Below are positions 40,608 to 57,964 of a DNA stretch of 64,000 nt, one piece after another (position 1 is the stretch's first letter; every line of letters starts with the position of its first letter). Origin of the DNA: Eledone cirrhosa (lineage: Eukaryota); contig OZ024744.1 of NCBI GenBank assembly GCA_964016885.1, forward strand, positions 33,604,001 to 33,668,000, read 5' to 3'. Position numbers and translations under genes: made by a program. The notes beneath the pieces are model-generated. The model searched no databases. It was not told where the DNA came from and worked only from the letters and a program-made list of their open reading frames with translations.

Positions 40608-40704
40608 ATATATATATAGTAATAATAATAAATGTGAAGACTAAAATCCAAAGAGGGCTTGATAAGAATAAATATATATCAAAAATATAAGAACCCTAGA
40701 GCAA

Positions 40705-43330
<2,626 letters not shown>

Positions 43331-43386
43331 TATATATATCATTAAGGCTATAATAGTGAGTTTTTGTTACTCTGGAATTTCGCCTG

Positions 43387-43434
43387 TTTGTCTGATGACC
43401 CTGTAATAAGCAGGCAAAATTTCAGTGTAACAAA
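43387..43434 (+). ncRNA. Degenerate hammerhead inside fold-back 43341-43454
   Basis: TTTGT-CTGATGA-cCCTG..CAGGc-AAAA..TA-ACAAA; the mirrored left arm retains GAAA. Confidence 0.6.
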
Positions 43435-44803
43435 ACTCACTATTTAGCTTTAATAAAATTGATATTAAAACTCTACTTTGGTAAAGAGTACTCTTCTCCG
43501 TCATACTTGTTTTTAGGAAGTAATATGACGTTGAATGCTAGAAGTGAATTGCATCCTTGTATACCGAATGTATTTATCTCCCCATGCTGAACGCTTTTTG
43601 ATACAATCCAATCTGATGAACTGTGGCAAACTACACCCCAGGATACGCCAACTGTTGGGCACACCTAACGATTTACTATGGAACAAATTTCGAACGGATT
43701 AATCAGAGAACCAAAAGCAACAACTACTTCTTATTCTCCATGCAACACCCTCGGAGGCAGATCTCCTGCCGGGTCCCACCCCACTTCATATAGCCACGGA
43801 CAGCCTGTGAGGTTCACCCGGCTGCAACTGCACTTACCAAGACACCCGAAGCACTGTGTATATAACTGGCTCTCTATAACTCCCCCCACTCAGACATTTA
43901 TCACAGATTTTTCCTTTTATTTTTACCTCAATTCATTCTCTCTATAAGTCTTTTTTACCTTTATTTCTTTCTCCTTTATTTTCTTTATAATCCCCGTTTT
44001 TCCATGTTCTTCCTTACTTATTTGAATCTTTTCTTACATTTTCCCTTAAATCATCAATGTATCTTTTGTCCCCACCAGATTGTTTAATTTTTACATTTGT
44101 TTAATTTTTACATTGGTTTAATTGTTACATTCGTTTAATTTTTACATTCGTTTAATTTTTACATGTGTTAATTTTTACATTCGTTACATTAGATACTTTA
44201 AATATTAACTATCATCCACGACAAGGGGTCAGATTTTCCCATGGGAAGTCATAACAAGTTAACATCCAGCTCTGAGCCCAATCCCTAATATGAATATACA
44301 CTTTACCAGTCAGATATTATTCTTAGCATATTGACTGTTGTTTAGTTGTCTGGACTCCTAACTTTTAATTTTTAACGTCTGAAATTTCGGGTTGTGAAAC
44401 TTTAAATATTTTCTACGAGTTATATTAACCCTAGCAGAAGGGAACTTTATCGCTTTGGGGTCATCGTCTGCATATTATCCCGCCATAAACGTATAGCGGG
44501 TACAAATGCATTGAAATCCTACTGGTTACCAAAGCTAGCAGTAAATTTTGGCTGATTTGAACTCCCACTGACCATATCGAGTTGTCAGGGGGAACTAGAG
44601 AGAACAAACAAGGTTTGTAGTATTCTGGGTGTAGTTGAGTGATCAGCCCCCCCCCCCCCCCCCCTGCGACTGCGCAGGGCTGTCGGGGTGACCTGAAAAC
44701 TAAAAGGGAGCGGATAAGCTGAGCAAAAACACACATTTTCTTTTTTAGTCCGCTCCCTTCCACATAAAATTGCCTCAGAAATGTTACCTTTTAATCAATG
44801 TTT

Positions 44804-44854
44804 GCTGTCTGAAGAGATCACGATGTTTATCGTCATTGAAATATATATAATGGC
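44804..44854 (+). ncRNA. Type-I hammerhead
   Basis: GCTGT-CTGAAGA-GATcACGAT gttt ATCGTcATT-GAAA-TATATA-TA-ATGGC. Confidence 0.82.
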
Positions 44855-44986
44855 TCAATTAATAAAGGACTCTAACTTCTTCAACTTCGCATTTTCATCT
44901 TTATTAATATACTTCGTCACCCTTGTTTTTGGGAAGTAATATGACGTTGAGTGTTAGAAGTGAATTGTATCCTTGTATAGCGAATA

Positions 44987-45022
<36 letters not shown>

Positions 45023-45420
45023 AGAAAATGCGTGAGATCCGTGGTATAGTTAGGTATATTACAACTTCACTTGTAGCTGATATTCTATAATGATTTAATT
45101 TTATAATTTTATAGTTTTATAATTTTATAATTTTACTATGTAATATTTCCCCAGATTTACCTCAAAATTATTTATATATACAGCAACAAATTACAACTTT
45201 AGATCAGTTTGACAATCACCATTGACGAATGCAAGAAAGTTCTCCAGAAAACTAGAAGGGCTTTTGATATCGAAATATCAGGACATATAAATAAATTAAG
45301 TGAAGACATAACATCTTGTTTCGTCTGATTCCTTTGTTCATCATTTTCGCATTATCGTGGCTTTCAAACTTCAAAATTCTATATACCATACACAATTCTT
45401 CAAGTAAACTACAAATTCCT

Positions 45421-45470
<50 letters not shown>

Positions 45471-45510
45471 AAAAAGTATGACCCCGACGGCAGAGCTCAA
45501 TATATATATA

Positions 45511-46314
45511 CAGTTTTCACCCGGTATTCGCTGGGGTTACATTCCTCGAGTACCGGCGAAGAGTGAAAAACTGCGAATATTGGACGTGGTCAATAAATAG
45601 GCCTACAAATGTCAAAACATAACGTAAAATATAGACCGGCAAATACGGTATATCTAAACTATAATAAAGTAAGGAGTGCGGGACTGCGTACGGTTTATAA
45701 TTTTTTATCCCCTTAGTTAAATAAGTTGGATTACTTTGAATAAATAATGAATGAATATTACATAATTTATCTACTAAATTTCGTGGCTGTTCATTAAATA
45801 TATTTTATTATTTATTTAAAGGTTCACTTCTTTAAGATTTTCAAATGTCAACACTTCCGGTTAACGATCGTTTAAATAAACATACATATATTTCCGTCAC
45901 TAATTTTCTCCCAATGCAGTTTATATATAATATCATCTTTTGTTAATGTATCATGGATTACGTTACTGATTACATAAGACAGAGTAACACAGTCTTCGTT
46001 CAATTTCTGTGTATATTGTCAATTACGATTTTATTTGATCATATCTACATGTATTTATACTTGCTTATAATATCAATATACACACTACACATGCTAGCAG
46101 AAAACCACTCTTCGGGTGGGTTTCTTTTAGTTGTTATTGATAATTTAGCGTTAAAAAGGTGTGAAAAATATATATTGCCACGAAAAAAGCCATAAAAAAT
46201 ATCGTGAAAGATATTTACGATTCCGCGAAAATGCGGTGGTTTCCACGAACAATTATTAGTTAGGCTCTATGGAAAATCTCGCGAATAGCCGGGACAGCGA
46301 GTGTCGGGAGTACA

Positions 46315-46317
<3 letters not shown>
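45511..46317. mobile_element. Non-autonomous pogo/Tigger-like DNA transposon in (TA)n
   Basis: Ends CAGTTTTCACCCGGTATTCGC and (reverse complement) CAGTGTACTCCCGACACTCGC, TA flanks, subterminal GCGAATA repeats. Confidence 0.6.
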
Positions 46318-46375
<58 letters not shown>

Positions 46376-46422
46376 ATATTAACAAATGGAAACTATATTT
46401 ATAAATATATAAATATACATAA

Positions 46423-46477
<55 letters not shown>

Positions 46478-46786
46478 ATAATGTTTGACCCCGACGGCAG
46501 AGCTCAAGCCGTCTCGACGGCTAATTCTGGACAGAAATAGCTGTCGAAACGGCTTGAGCTCTGCCGTCGGGGTCTTTATGCAAACGGATGGTGCCTTGCA
46601 CCTTACTGCTGCATTAGTGCGGCAGAAACTCGAGTCCGGGAACCACTATAGGCACACGTTATCCGTGTGTTGTGTTGAAGCAAATAAGTTTGTGTATTCT
46701 CTGGGAATGCATCTTACATTACCCATTGAGTAAGCTGAGATACAACCGGTACTGGCATTGATAAATATGCTATGTCCGTCAACACC

Positions 46787-46848
<62 letters not shown>

Positions 46849-46925
46849 CAAAGCAATTGTGGTAAGGAACCAAATGGACGATAACGCATCAGAGTACTCA
46901 ATAGCTAGGGTAGTAGAGTGGGTAA

Positions 46926-47052
46926 TAGGAAAAAGTATGACCCCGACGGCAGAGCTCAAGCCGTTTCGACGGCTATTTCTGGACTCAGAAATAGTCCAGA
47001 AATAGCCGTCGAAACGGCTTGACCTCTGCCGTCGGGGTCATACTTTTTCCTA
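46926..47052. repeat. Fold-back palindrome family (also 46486-46574 and 52680-52808)
   Basis: Arms gaccccgacggcagagctcaagccgtttcgacggctatttctggac; related linear copy at 37783-37900. Confidence 0.9.
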
Positions 47053-47234
47053 TATATATATATATATGTATATATATATTTATCAAGTAAGAATATTTTC
47101 GAAACAGCGAGTGGGTTTGAAATTATTATAAATGTAAGCTATCGCCGTATTTTGACTAAAGAAATTAAAGAATTTATTTAGCCTGATAGTGGGGTTAAGA
47201 ACCCTCGGAGAAATGGAAAAAGATGAGTATTGAC

Positions 47235-47285
<51 letters not shown>

Positions 47286-47288
47286 AAC

Positions 47289-47327
<39 letters not shown>

Positions 47328-47680
47328 AACAAATATATATATCTATGTGTGTGTGTGTGTGTGTCTGTACATAGACTCATACAAAAGTTATATCAAACGA
47401 TACACCGATATACACAAATAAAATACAAAGGAAAACATGAAACAAGTGCAATAATTGACACCCGGCGCTGATATTACAAGGAGGAAGTTGGGCTTTTTAT
47501 TTTACTTTTCTGTTTTTTTATTTGTGAACTCAACCAACCAGCTATCCTCCCATTTTTTATTATTATTATGTCGTTGTGCTTTTTATTATAACACACACAC
47601 ACACACATATTTATATATATATATACATACATATGTATATATATATATGCATATATACATATCTATCTATGTATCTATCT

Positions 47681-47752
<72 letters not shown>

Positions 47753-48027
47753 ACATATATATATACACACACATATATATATGAATATATATATATATAT
47801 ATGGGGTGTGTGGGTGAACATATATATGTATGTATGTATATATGTATATATGTATATATATATATATATATATAATAGAATAAATAGAGATGATGTAAAG
47901 TATATATATATACACACCTATGCGTATAAAATATATACATATATACTTCATTATTTTTTCCGCATGAAGAGTGTTTCTTGTATGTTTCTCAGTACTGTAA
48001 TAAAATTTGTCCTTGTTTTATTATTTT

Positions 48028-49061
<1,034 letters not shown>

Positions 49062-49946
49062 TCATATAAGGCATGGCGCCATAAGTTTAAGAAAGAAGAC
49101 TCAAGAAAGAAGGGTTTTAAATTTTGCGTGTGGTGAAATCATTGATTGAATTAATTGAATTACATTGTAGTAACCCAAAAGCACTTGTGGAAATGATTAG
49201 ATCTTCCTGTCTAATGAAATGTAAAAACATCTTTAAAATATATAAAAATAAAAAATATATCAAAGTTTTTCATTTTCTTAATTAATAAAATAAATATATA
49301 AACCATTCGCATGTTTTTGAGGTGAAAGCCTAATGAGTAATAATAAGCTATGATTTAAAGGGAGAGTATGGGTGGGAGGGACGAAGGAAGTAGCGGAAGT
49401 GTTTGTCTGCCAACTAAGTAAAAAGAACTACATGGGATATCATTCAGTGTGGCGGCAATAATAGAGGTGTGGAGTGTGTGAGAAGGAGGGGTCTTGTCTG
49501 CTATATAGACAGTAAACAATCAAACAATATTTGAAAGACAACATTGACCATATTACTGCTGTCGGTACCATAGACCTTTGCAAACTACAACATGATTCAT
49601 TCGGGAGAAGCTTTACTTCATGCGACACAGCATAGCGAAGCCATACCTGCCAACCTCTAAAAATCCAAACGAGGAGTACCATGAAATAAAGGGCCCCAAA
49701 ACGGGGAGAAATGAGGCAAAATGGGGAGATTTTATATAATGAAAGCTATACCCATTTTCACAGGAGAAGACACCTGTTACCAACTCCAAAGTGGGTGGGA
49801 GATCTCCCCGTCGGACGGAGGGAGTTGACAGGTCTGAAAAGGAGGGGTCCTGTATGTTATACAGGCAGTAAACAATCATACAATATTTGAAAGACAACAT
49901 TGAGCACGTTACTGTCGTCGGTACCACAGACATTTGCAAAACCACA

Positions 49947-50340
49947 AGGTCTCACTCGGGAACACGACCCCGAAATACTTGAGCTTCTGCACCTGCTTCA
50001 GTGGAATTCCATTCACATGTGGCGTGCACATGTAGGCTTCCTTGAGAGGACGAGTGTTTCAATTTCCGCAGCAGTGATTTTTATTCCAGCCATGCAGCAT
50101 TCAGTATCAAACCTATCAAGTGTAAGTCGAAGATCATCTTCAGTCGAGTTGAGTAACACAATGTCGTCTGCAAATTACAGGCTTGGGGATCCAGCCGGAT
50201 CAGTTGGAGACGGTTGCTTCTGACAGGACCTGCTGGACGGAGTGTTTGAGGACTCTGGCCCCCACGACCCTCTCAGGAATAAGTGGGTGAAGAAGAAGAA
50301 GAAGAAGAAGAAGAAGAAGAAGAAGAAGAAGAAGAAGAAA
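49947..50340. mobile_element. RTE LINE insertion with inverted 5' segment
   Basis: 49947-50180 minus strand reads FADDIVLL..LKQVQKLKYFGVVF; 50180-50340 is the plus-strand 3' UTR (similar to 23720-23780) with (GAA)n tail. Confidence 0.75.
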
Positions 50341-50807
50341 TCAAGTTCTATTCAGGAGAAGCTCTACTTAATGAGACACAACGCAGCGAAGCTCTGTTGT
50401 ACATCAAACATCGATATCGATATACCTGCGATCAGTTTAGATTCCTTTGATATATTCTACAGAATGAAGCATACCATGCCCTCTGTCAACAGTGCACATA
50501 TGTGTAAAGTATGCAGACAGTTCTCTGTTTGACTTAGTTTAACGAGCATTTTACCAGATCCCAACTTTAATGGAATATTTTTTATATATATTTCAAGACA
50601 TAAATAAATTTGATAGACTCGACTACAGTTGAATATATACCTGTTGATGCAGCTATCATCATCACCATCATCAATATTTAGAGCAAGGTAGACTAAGTAG
50701 ACTATGACAACAGGAGAGAAGAGATAATATATAGCTAGACGTCTCTTAAATAGCGCCTCTTCATTTTTTCGTCCGTGGAATTTCCACGGGTCCTGTTAGT
50801 AAACAAT

Positions 50808-50996
50808 AATTGTTTTTACTTTTGGCACAAGGCCAGCAATTACCCAGTACATTACTGGTACTTTATTTTATCGACCCCGTAAGGATGAAAGGTGAAGTTA
50901 ACCTCGGCGGGATTTGAACTCAGACCATAAAGGGCCGTAACTCTTTGCTGCAAGGCATGGCGTCCGAGCCTCTACCGATACTGCCAATCCACCGCC
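50808..50996 (-). mobile_element. tRNA-derived CORE-type SINE
   Basis: A and B boxes and central domain as in 51259-51442. Confidence 0.88.
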
Positions 50997-51258
50997 CTGT
51001 CAATAAACAATAATGTTAGTAAGATTTTCTTTTTATTAGCCAAAACCTCACAAAACTTTGGGGACAGTAGAAAGAGTATAAACATAAAATACACACAATA
51101 ACAGTGTGAGGTTTGCATCGATTATAAGGGTGAAATCAACGAAACAATAATGGCCCATTAATATATAGTTTCCAGCGCGTCTCCCTTGCCGTCCTCTGGG
51201 GAAACGCTTTCTCCATTCTGTCCGCCGGGGCTGTGGGTGGGCCACCAATATGATGAGG

Positions 51259-51442
51259 GCGGTGGATTGGCAGTATCGGTAGAGGGTCAGACGCCATGCT
51301 TTCCAGCATAGTTACGTCCCTTTACGATCTGAGTTCAAATCCCGCCGAGGTTAACTTTGCCTTTCATCCTTACGAGGTCGATAAAATAAAGTACCAGTAA
51401 TGCACTGATAATTGCTGGCCTTTTGCCTAAAGTAGAAACAAT
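51259..51442 (+). mobile_element. tRNA-derived CORE-type SINE (OR-like)
   Basis: ggcggtggattggcagtatcgg (A box), gagttcaaatccc (B box), gcctttcatcctt..ggtcgataaaataaagtaccag. Confidence 0.88.
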
Positions 51443-53348
51443 ATGATTGACTGACTTGTCATTTTATCAGTCAACTGTTGCTATCGTTAACGTCTGTCAG
51501 TCTTTTATATACTATCCCATTTGCCTCTCTCTTCTATATGAATATTGATATTTTAAACAATTGTTGTGTCATTAAAAGTGTTTTCTATGTGTGGATATAT
51601 AGTTAGTAATCTCTAATATAGGTAGGAGGAGAAAGTTGATTATATCAACCTCCACCAGAAATATCTGACTGACGTTTTATTTTATCAACCCCAGGAGGAA
51701 AAGCAAAGTTGAACTGAATGGCATTTTAGTTAGAGAAGAAATAACACAGGTTTGAAACAGTAGGAAACTCTAAAAGGATTCTCTCTAAAAAAAAAAGGGA
51801 AAATCCACAGAGGGTGATTCTGGGACTTGCAACATATTACCACAGTTTACCACGTGATACTCCTCTTGTCAATACTTTGTGATACTCCTTGTTGAAAGTT
51901 AAGAGTCCATAATTAATGAACATCTATTTAGTCACAGCTAATTTGTTTCACCTTCCAGAAACTTTCCTGTTGGACAACAGTCCTTCTCTAAACACACAAT
52001 TCTTCCCCGGTGGTACTTGAAGAAGTGGATCAATTTTTGACAAGAGATAAAAGGAAATGTTCTAACATAAAACATTTGATCATGTTTTCTTCCTCATTGT
52101 TACCAAATACTTGAAGACTACCCAGATCAAGTAATTTTAGAAATTACTCACAATCATAGACTTTGCAGTATTCCAGCAGAGACAGTTCAGAGACTGTCTT
52201 TACCAACCACCTGGAATGTTCCTTCCTTCACAATCAACCATAATAATACATCTCGTGTGTTTGTATATTTATATATATTTCCGTCATCTGTAACTCTTTG
52301 AATACACATATACATACACATATAAATGTATTTCCTCTCTCAGTCATGTTACTATAATAAGAAGTTTGCTTTCAAGTCCCAAGCTCCCGGTTTCTAACCC
52401 TACATTTGTCCCTACAAATACTTATTTGTCTAACGTTAATCATACATATTTATTTCTGCATATATACTGAACGTATTTGTAAATATATGTTGAACATATT
52501 TGTAGATATACTCTGAATGTAATTATAGCCTCTAAAAATAAATTACTAAAATGACCGTGTCGGTCAGTAATCAACATAAACTATAGGGTATATCTTATGC
52601 AAATCATAAAATTATCAAAAGTTTGTATAGTTGTTCATATATCTAGTAATCCTGATATATATATATATATATATATATAAAAGAAAAAATATGACACCGA
52701 CGGCAGAGCTCAAGCCGTTTCGACGGCTATTTCTGGACTAAATTTCTAGTCCAGAAATAGCCGTCGAAACGGCTTGATCTCTGCCGTCGGGGTCATACTT
52801 TTTCCTATTTCCCACTCTACTACCCTAAGTATTGAGTACTCTGGTGAGTTATGGTCCATCTGGTTCCTTACCACAATTCCTTTGTTATAAATAAATATAT
52901 ATCACATCAAATGTCGATTCGAAAATTTAAATATTTTCAAAGCTATTGCCGTCATTATTGATGGCACGAGGCCTCTAGTCACCACAATACACACCAAATG
53001 ATAAGAAGCTCTCAAAAGAGCTGGACAACAGAAGCTCTTTAGAGAAGAAACCCCACCATCACCATCACCAAGCAAGTGTTTTAGCCCTTAACTTCTACAC
53101 TCTAATAAGGCTCAGCCTCATCCAGGTCATGACACCTGGGTGCCCTTCTGCTGACATTTAGCCAGTTGGATATCGGAAGCTATATGTGTATTTAAACCGC
53201 ATGAAGATTTCATTGTCAAGATCTAGCTCGAACTAGTCTCTGTTGCTTCTGCTTTCAAACTTATATTGAAACTAGTTCTACATAAATTTCCCTACTGATG
53301 TCCCACCTACCGCATTGCTTCACTTGTCCAGATGGAATGATGATAATA

Positions 53349-53525
53349 ATTGTTTCTACTTTAGGCACAAGGCCAGCAATTACCCAGTGCATTACTGGTA
53401 CTTTATTTTATCGACCCCGTAAGGATGAAAGGCAAAGTCAACCTCGGCGGGATTTGAACTCAGATCGTAAAGGGACGTAACTATGCTGGAAAGCATGGCG
53501 TCCGACCCTCTACTGATACTGCCAA
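53349..53525 (-). mobile_element. tRNA-derived CORE-type SINE
   Basis: Same family as 50808-50996. Confidence 0.88.
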
Positions 53526-54056
53526 TAATAATGACGTTCCTTTTAGTCCTTAAATAATTGTTTAAATAGAATGATGAGGACGGATAGTTTTCCCAAATTT
53601 TCTTCATAGAGCTTCCATCTAGTTTTTATAGTATTAATCACAGTAAATGTTTCGCCTTCAAGAAATATCTTCAAAACATTTCAATGATGTGGAAGATAGA
53701 TATATCGTGAAATATACAGAGGATAGAAAAATAAATGAATAGGCAACATTTTAAAAGGATAAAAAAAAAATAACAAGGGAGGAAGGAGGAAAAGAAGAAA
53801 AGAAGAAAAGAAGAAAAGAAGAAAAGAAGTTTCGGTGATTAGGGTGTTTATGATTGATTATATAGAATGAAATAGGATCAACTAAAAGTGTATATTACTT
53901 ACTATACGTACCAAGATGATGAATATGAATGAATGAATGAATATTTAAATAAATAAATAATAATAAAATAAGTAGATATATAAATAAGAGGAAATAAAAA
54001 CTTGGTGATATTAATATATATGTATGCATGTATGTCTGAATGTGAGCTTGTATATT

Positions 54057-54091
<35 letters not shown>

Positions 54092-54559
54092 ATAAATATA
54101 TGTGTGGATATCTATATAATATTATAATATTCATAAACTTGAACACGTAAACACAGATAGATGCATAAATATATACTTAACCCCTCCCCATATATATACA
54201 CACACAGATGCCTCGAAAATACATATATTCGTAAAATTAATAATAATAAAAAAGCTTCAAATTTTAAACACCACCCCCATCACCAAACGAAAAAAATAAA
54301 AACAAAAAGGTTAAGAAAATGGGAAGAAAATATAAAAATGTAGCAGGTTACCACTACGAAGAATTTCGGCCCACCAAAGCAGACTAGAAATTGATTCTCC
54401 TAAAAATAATTAAAAAAATACAATGAGAAGAATGATTGGACTTTTACTATTAGCCGGCTGGCAGCTGTTGATACCGAACACCAAAGTTATTAAAAGGGTG
54501 ATTCAGAAGATATTTCTTATATACGTTGTATATATGGTCCCGTAACTCCTGATAGAGTC

Positions 54560-54856
54560 GTAGGGGCACCGTATTAATATACGGCATTTGGAGGGTATTT
54601 TAAGCGTGGCAGAGCCCATCCCTCTCCAGGTCTGAGACTACTGCAGATTTTTTCCAGAGAAAGATAGAAAGTAAGAGAGAGGAAATGAGAAAGAGATGTA
54701 GAGGAAGAATCGAACCCAGTACTAGACAGTTTTTCTTTTATCGACCTCGAAAGGATGAAAGGCAAAGTTGACATCGGCTGGAGTTGAACTCAGAGAACAG
54801 AGAGCCGGCGCAAATGTTCTATCTGACGTTCTAACGACTCTGCCAATTTGCCGCCT
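54560..54856 (-). mobile_element. tRNA-derived CORE-type SINE, long-tail subfamily
   Basis: Head aggcggcaaattggcagagtcg, gagttcaactcc; tail shared with 12850-13113. Confidence 0.75.
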
Positions 54857-55024
54857 ACACATTACAGTTTCTAAAACATTCGCACGGATTTGAATTTTCC
54901 AGAAAGATTATGTATGACATATGTGGGTTGCAAAGAACAAGTTACATATATATATATATATATATAATTATGCCATGACTAAATTATAACCATCAGCATA
55001 GTCAAGGTATGTCAAGCATTAACT

Positions 55025-55090
55025 TATTTTATCTGATGAGGACGTACTGTTGAAATAGCTCAGTATCTCTGAAATATGTATAATAAAATA
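55025..55090 (+). ncRNA. Type-I hammerhead with extended stem II
   Basis: TATTTTAT-CTGATGA-GGAcGTACTG..CAGTATcTCT-GAAA-TATGTA-TA-ATAAAATA. Confidence 0.82.
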
Positions 55091-55134
55091 TATTTGATCA
55101 CATGAATGTCTATATTTATTAATATTTTGAAGTA

Positions 55135-55359
<225 letters not shown>

Positions 55360-55939
55360 GGGTTCAATCAGGAGTAACACAGTAAGTAAGGCACTCAATA
55401 CAAAGCAAAGTATAAATTTGCAATATGGAAATACCTTCTACAGGACTAGAACTGTTTCATTCGAAGATAATCAGCAGGAAATCACAGGGCTTGTAGAAGC
55501 CATTTCTATATTAAATAGATATATAAATAAATATATATATATATATCTATATCTATATATATATGTGTGTGTGTGTGTGAGAAAAACCACAGACCCTCCA
55601 TCTCAACTCTACTTTTGAAAAGCAGAAGAACTGCGAAACCGGTAAAGGAACCAAATAAATATATATATATTTTTAAAAATAAGACTCCAGTTGCATTTTC
55701 GATTTCTTCTCTTTTTCTTGATACTTTCACTCGTGTAGGACACCTCGGTTATTTTTCATTCTATAAAAAAAAAAAACCTCACTTTCTAATATATATATAT
55801 ATATATATATAGAAATGCGCAACAGGTAAAACTTAAAACCAAAACTGAATACTAACCAATACTATTACTAATTCTCACTTATTCCTAATTAAACTATTTT
55901 TCACTGTGAACAATTTGTCAGCATTTTCTTTTCCGTTTA

Positions 55940-56002
<63 letters not shown>

Positions 56003-56071
56003 CGGCGATGAATTAGTTTCTGGCAATATTACACAAATATGACACTCCCCAAGTATAACAATATATATATA

Positions 56072-57914
56072 TAACTTGGAATAACTTTGAAATGTTTCGG
56101 CCAGTATTGGCCCAGGCCATGTCTAACTTAATAGCACCACCTGGCGAAGTCTTTCAATTCAGGATTTGGGCACCATGGCCCATTCGAGAAGGGAATTACT
56201 GTTTGCGGAGACATATCCGGGTGTGGGTGGTTTGTCCGGGATTACTTGGAGGAATTTGACCAAAGACTTCTTGAATTTTGTGTGGTCAGTTTCTGTTTTG
56301 ACGTGTCCTGGTGTGATGTTGAAGAGAGCAGGGCCAATTGAGGTGAAATAATTGTGCCGTATTGTTGTTATGAGTTGCGATTTAGATTTTTGTTTGGGAC
56401 GGATAGCACGGGGCCCAAGCCTTGGGTGTATTTTGAAGGTGATGCCAACATCATTTGGGCAGTGCTGATGAAACATTTTCCGCATCATGCAGATAATATA
56501 ACGCTCACGGCGACGTTGGAGTGAGTAAAGTTTCAGCTTTTCTAGTCGTCCCCAGTAGTCAAGGTCTGACATGCCATCTATCTTTTTCGTGATTGCCCTT
56601 TGGGGAGCTTCAAGTTTCATGATACTTTGTTTCGTGTGGGGAGACCACAGTGGACAACAGTATTCAAGGTGTGGTCGGGCAAAAGTGGAGAAGAGAAGGA
56701 TAATGGTGTGGGATTCTCTCGACTGGAATGTTCTGAGGATCCAGGAACACATTCTGCGGGCCATGTAAACTTTGCTGCTTATATGCGTGGTCCAGCTTAT
56801 GTTTCTGTCCACGGTTACTCCCAAGTCTCTGATGTTGTTAGATGCCACGAGAGTTTCACCGGAGGGAAGGGAGTATGGGAGTTTCAGAGCATCCTCTTTT
56901 CCAAAGTGGATCAGTTCGAATTTGTCTTCGTTCAGTAACATGTTGTTCTTTTCCGCCCATTGAGTAACAGCCAGTAAGTCTGACTGAAGGCTTATCCGGT
57001 CATCCACGCCATTGACGACCTTTTGGAGCTTGGAATCATCAGCGAAAATTCTAATGTTGCTGTGTTTGATGATGTCAGTGATGTCATTAATATAGATGAT
57101 GAAGAGATGTGGGCCCAACACAGTGCCTTGTGGGACCCCACTACTGACTTTGGCTGGGCTGGATTTGACTCCTTCGACTACAACATGTTGGGTTCTGTTT
57201 GACAGGAAGCTCTTGATCCACTTCAGCAGCTTTCCAGTGACACCATTATTGGACAGCTTTCTCAGTAGAATGTTGAGATCAACCCTGTCAAAGGCCTTGC
57301 TGAAATCAAGGCAGATAACATTAGTGTTGGAACCCTCTCCCAAGGCTCTCAAAATGTCATCAAAGTGATGCAGTAGCTGCGTCAGGCAATCCCTTCCATT
57401 ACGGAATCCATGCTGGTTGGAGTTCAGCATATTGTTACTCTCAAGGAAGTGAGTCATTCGCGATCTCACCACTCTCTCAAATACCTTAATGATATGAGAA
57501 GTGAGTGAGATTGGACGGTAATTCGCGGCAAGGGATTGGTTTCCTTTTTTTAAAACTGAGACAACAGACTGGGATAGAAGGTTTTCTGGCACATATCCAG
57601 CATCCAGTGAGTTCCGCCACAGATTGGCAAGAGGAGATGCAAGTTGGTGTTGACACGCCTTCAAGACACAAGCAGGGAACCTTTATTGCAGCTAAGACAT
57701 CAGGTGCGCCAAACGTTATGTCCGATAAGGTGTAATGGGGAGTAACATCGCCGATACAGCCCAGATCGGCCATATCAGGATTGCTGAAAACAGAGCAGTA
57801 TTGTTTCTGCAGTATCTCACCCATGGTTTTAGCATTGTCTTGAAGAGTGCCATTTTCATCAATTAGAGGGCCAACAGTAGAGCCAGTGATTTTGTGTTTT
57901 TTTGCAAATGAAAA

Positions 57915-57916
<2 letters not shown>
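56072..57916 (-). mobile_element. 5'-truncated CR1-clade LINE; RT ORF 56159-57664
   Basis: NYRPISLTS, QHGFR, LDFSKAFD, SGVPQGTVLGP, FADDSK, RDLGV, RPHLEYCCPLWSP, SLQRRRER. Confidence 0.93.
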
Positions 57917-57957
<41 letters not shown>

Positions 57958-57964
57958 TATATAT

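Noticed and set aside
51259-51350. tRNA gene
   Set aside because: A and B boxes run into a SINE body with several copies; no complete cloverleaf.
51840-52260. Possible host exon in apparently unique sequence
   Set aside because: Stops in the frames I checked and no recognisable protein motif; a short exon cannot be excluded without RNA data.
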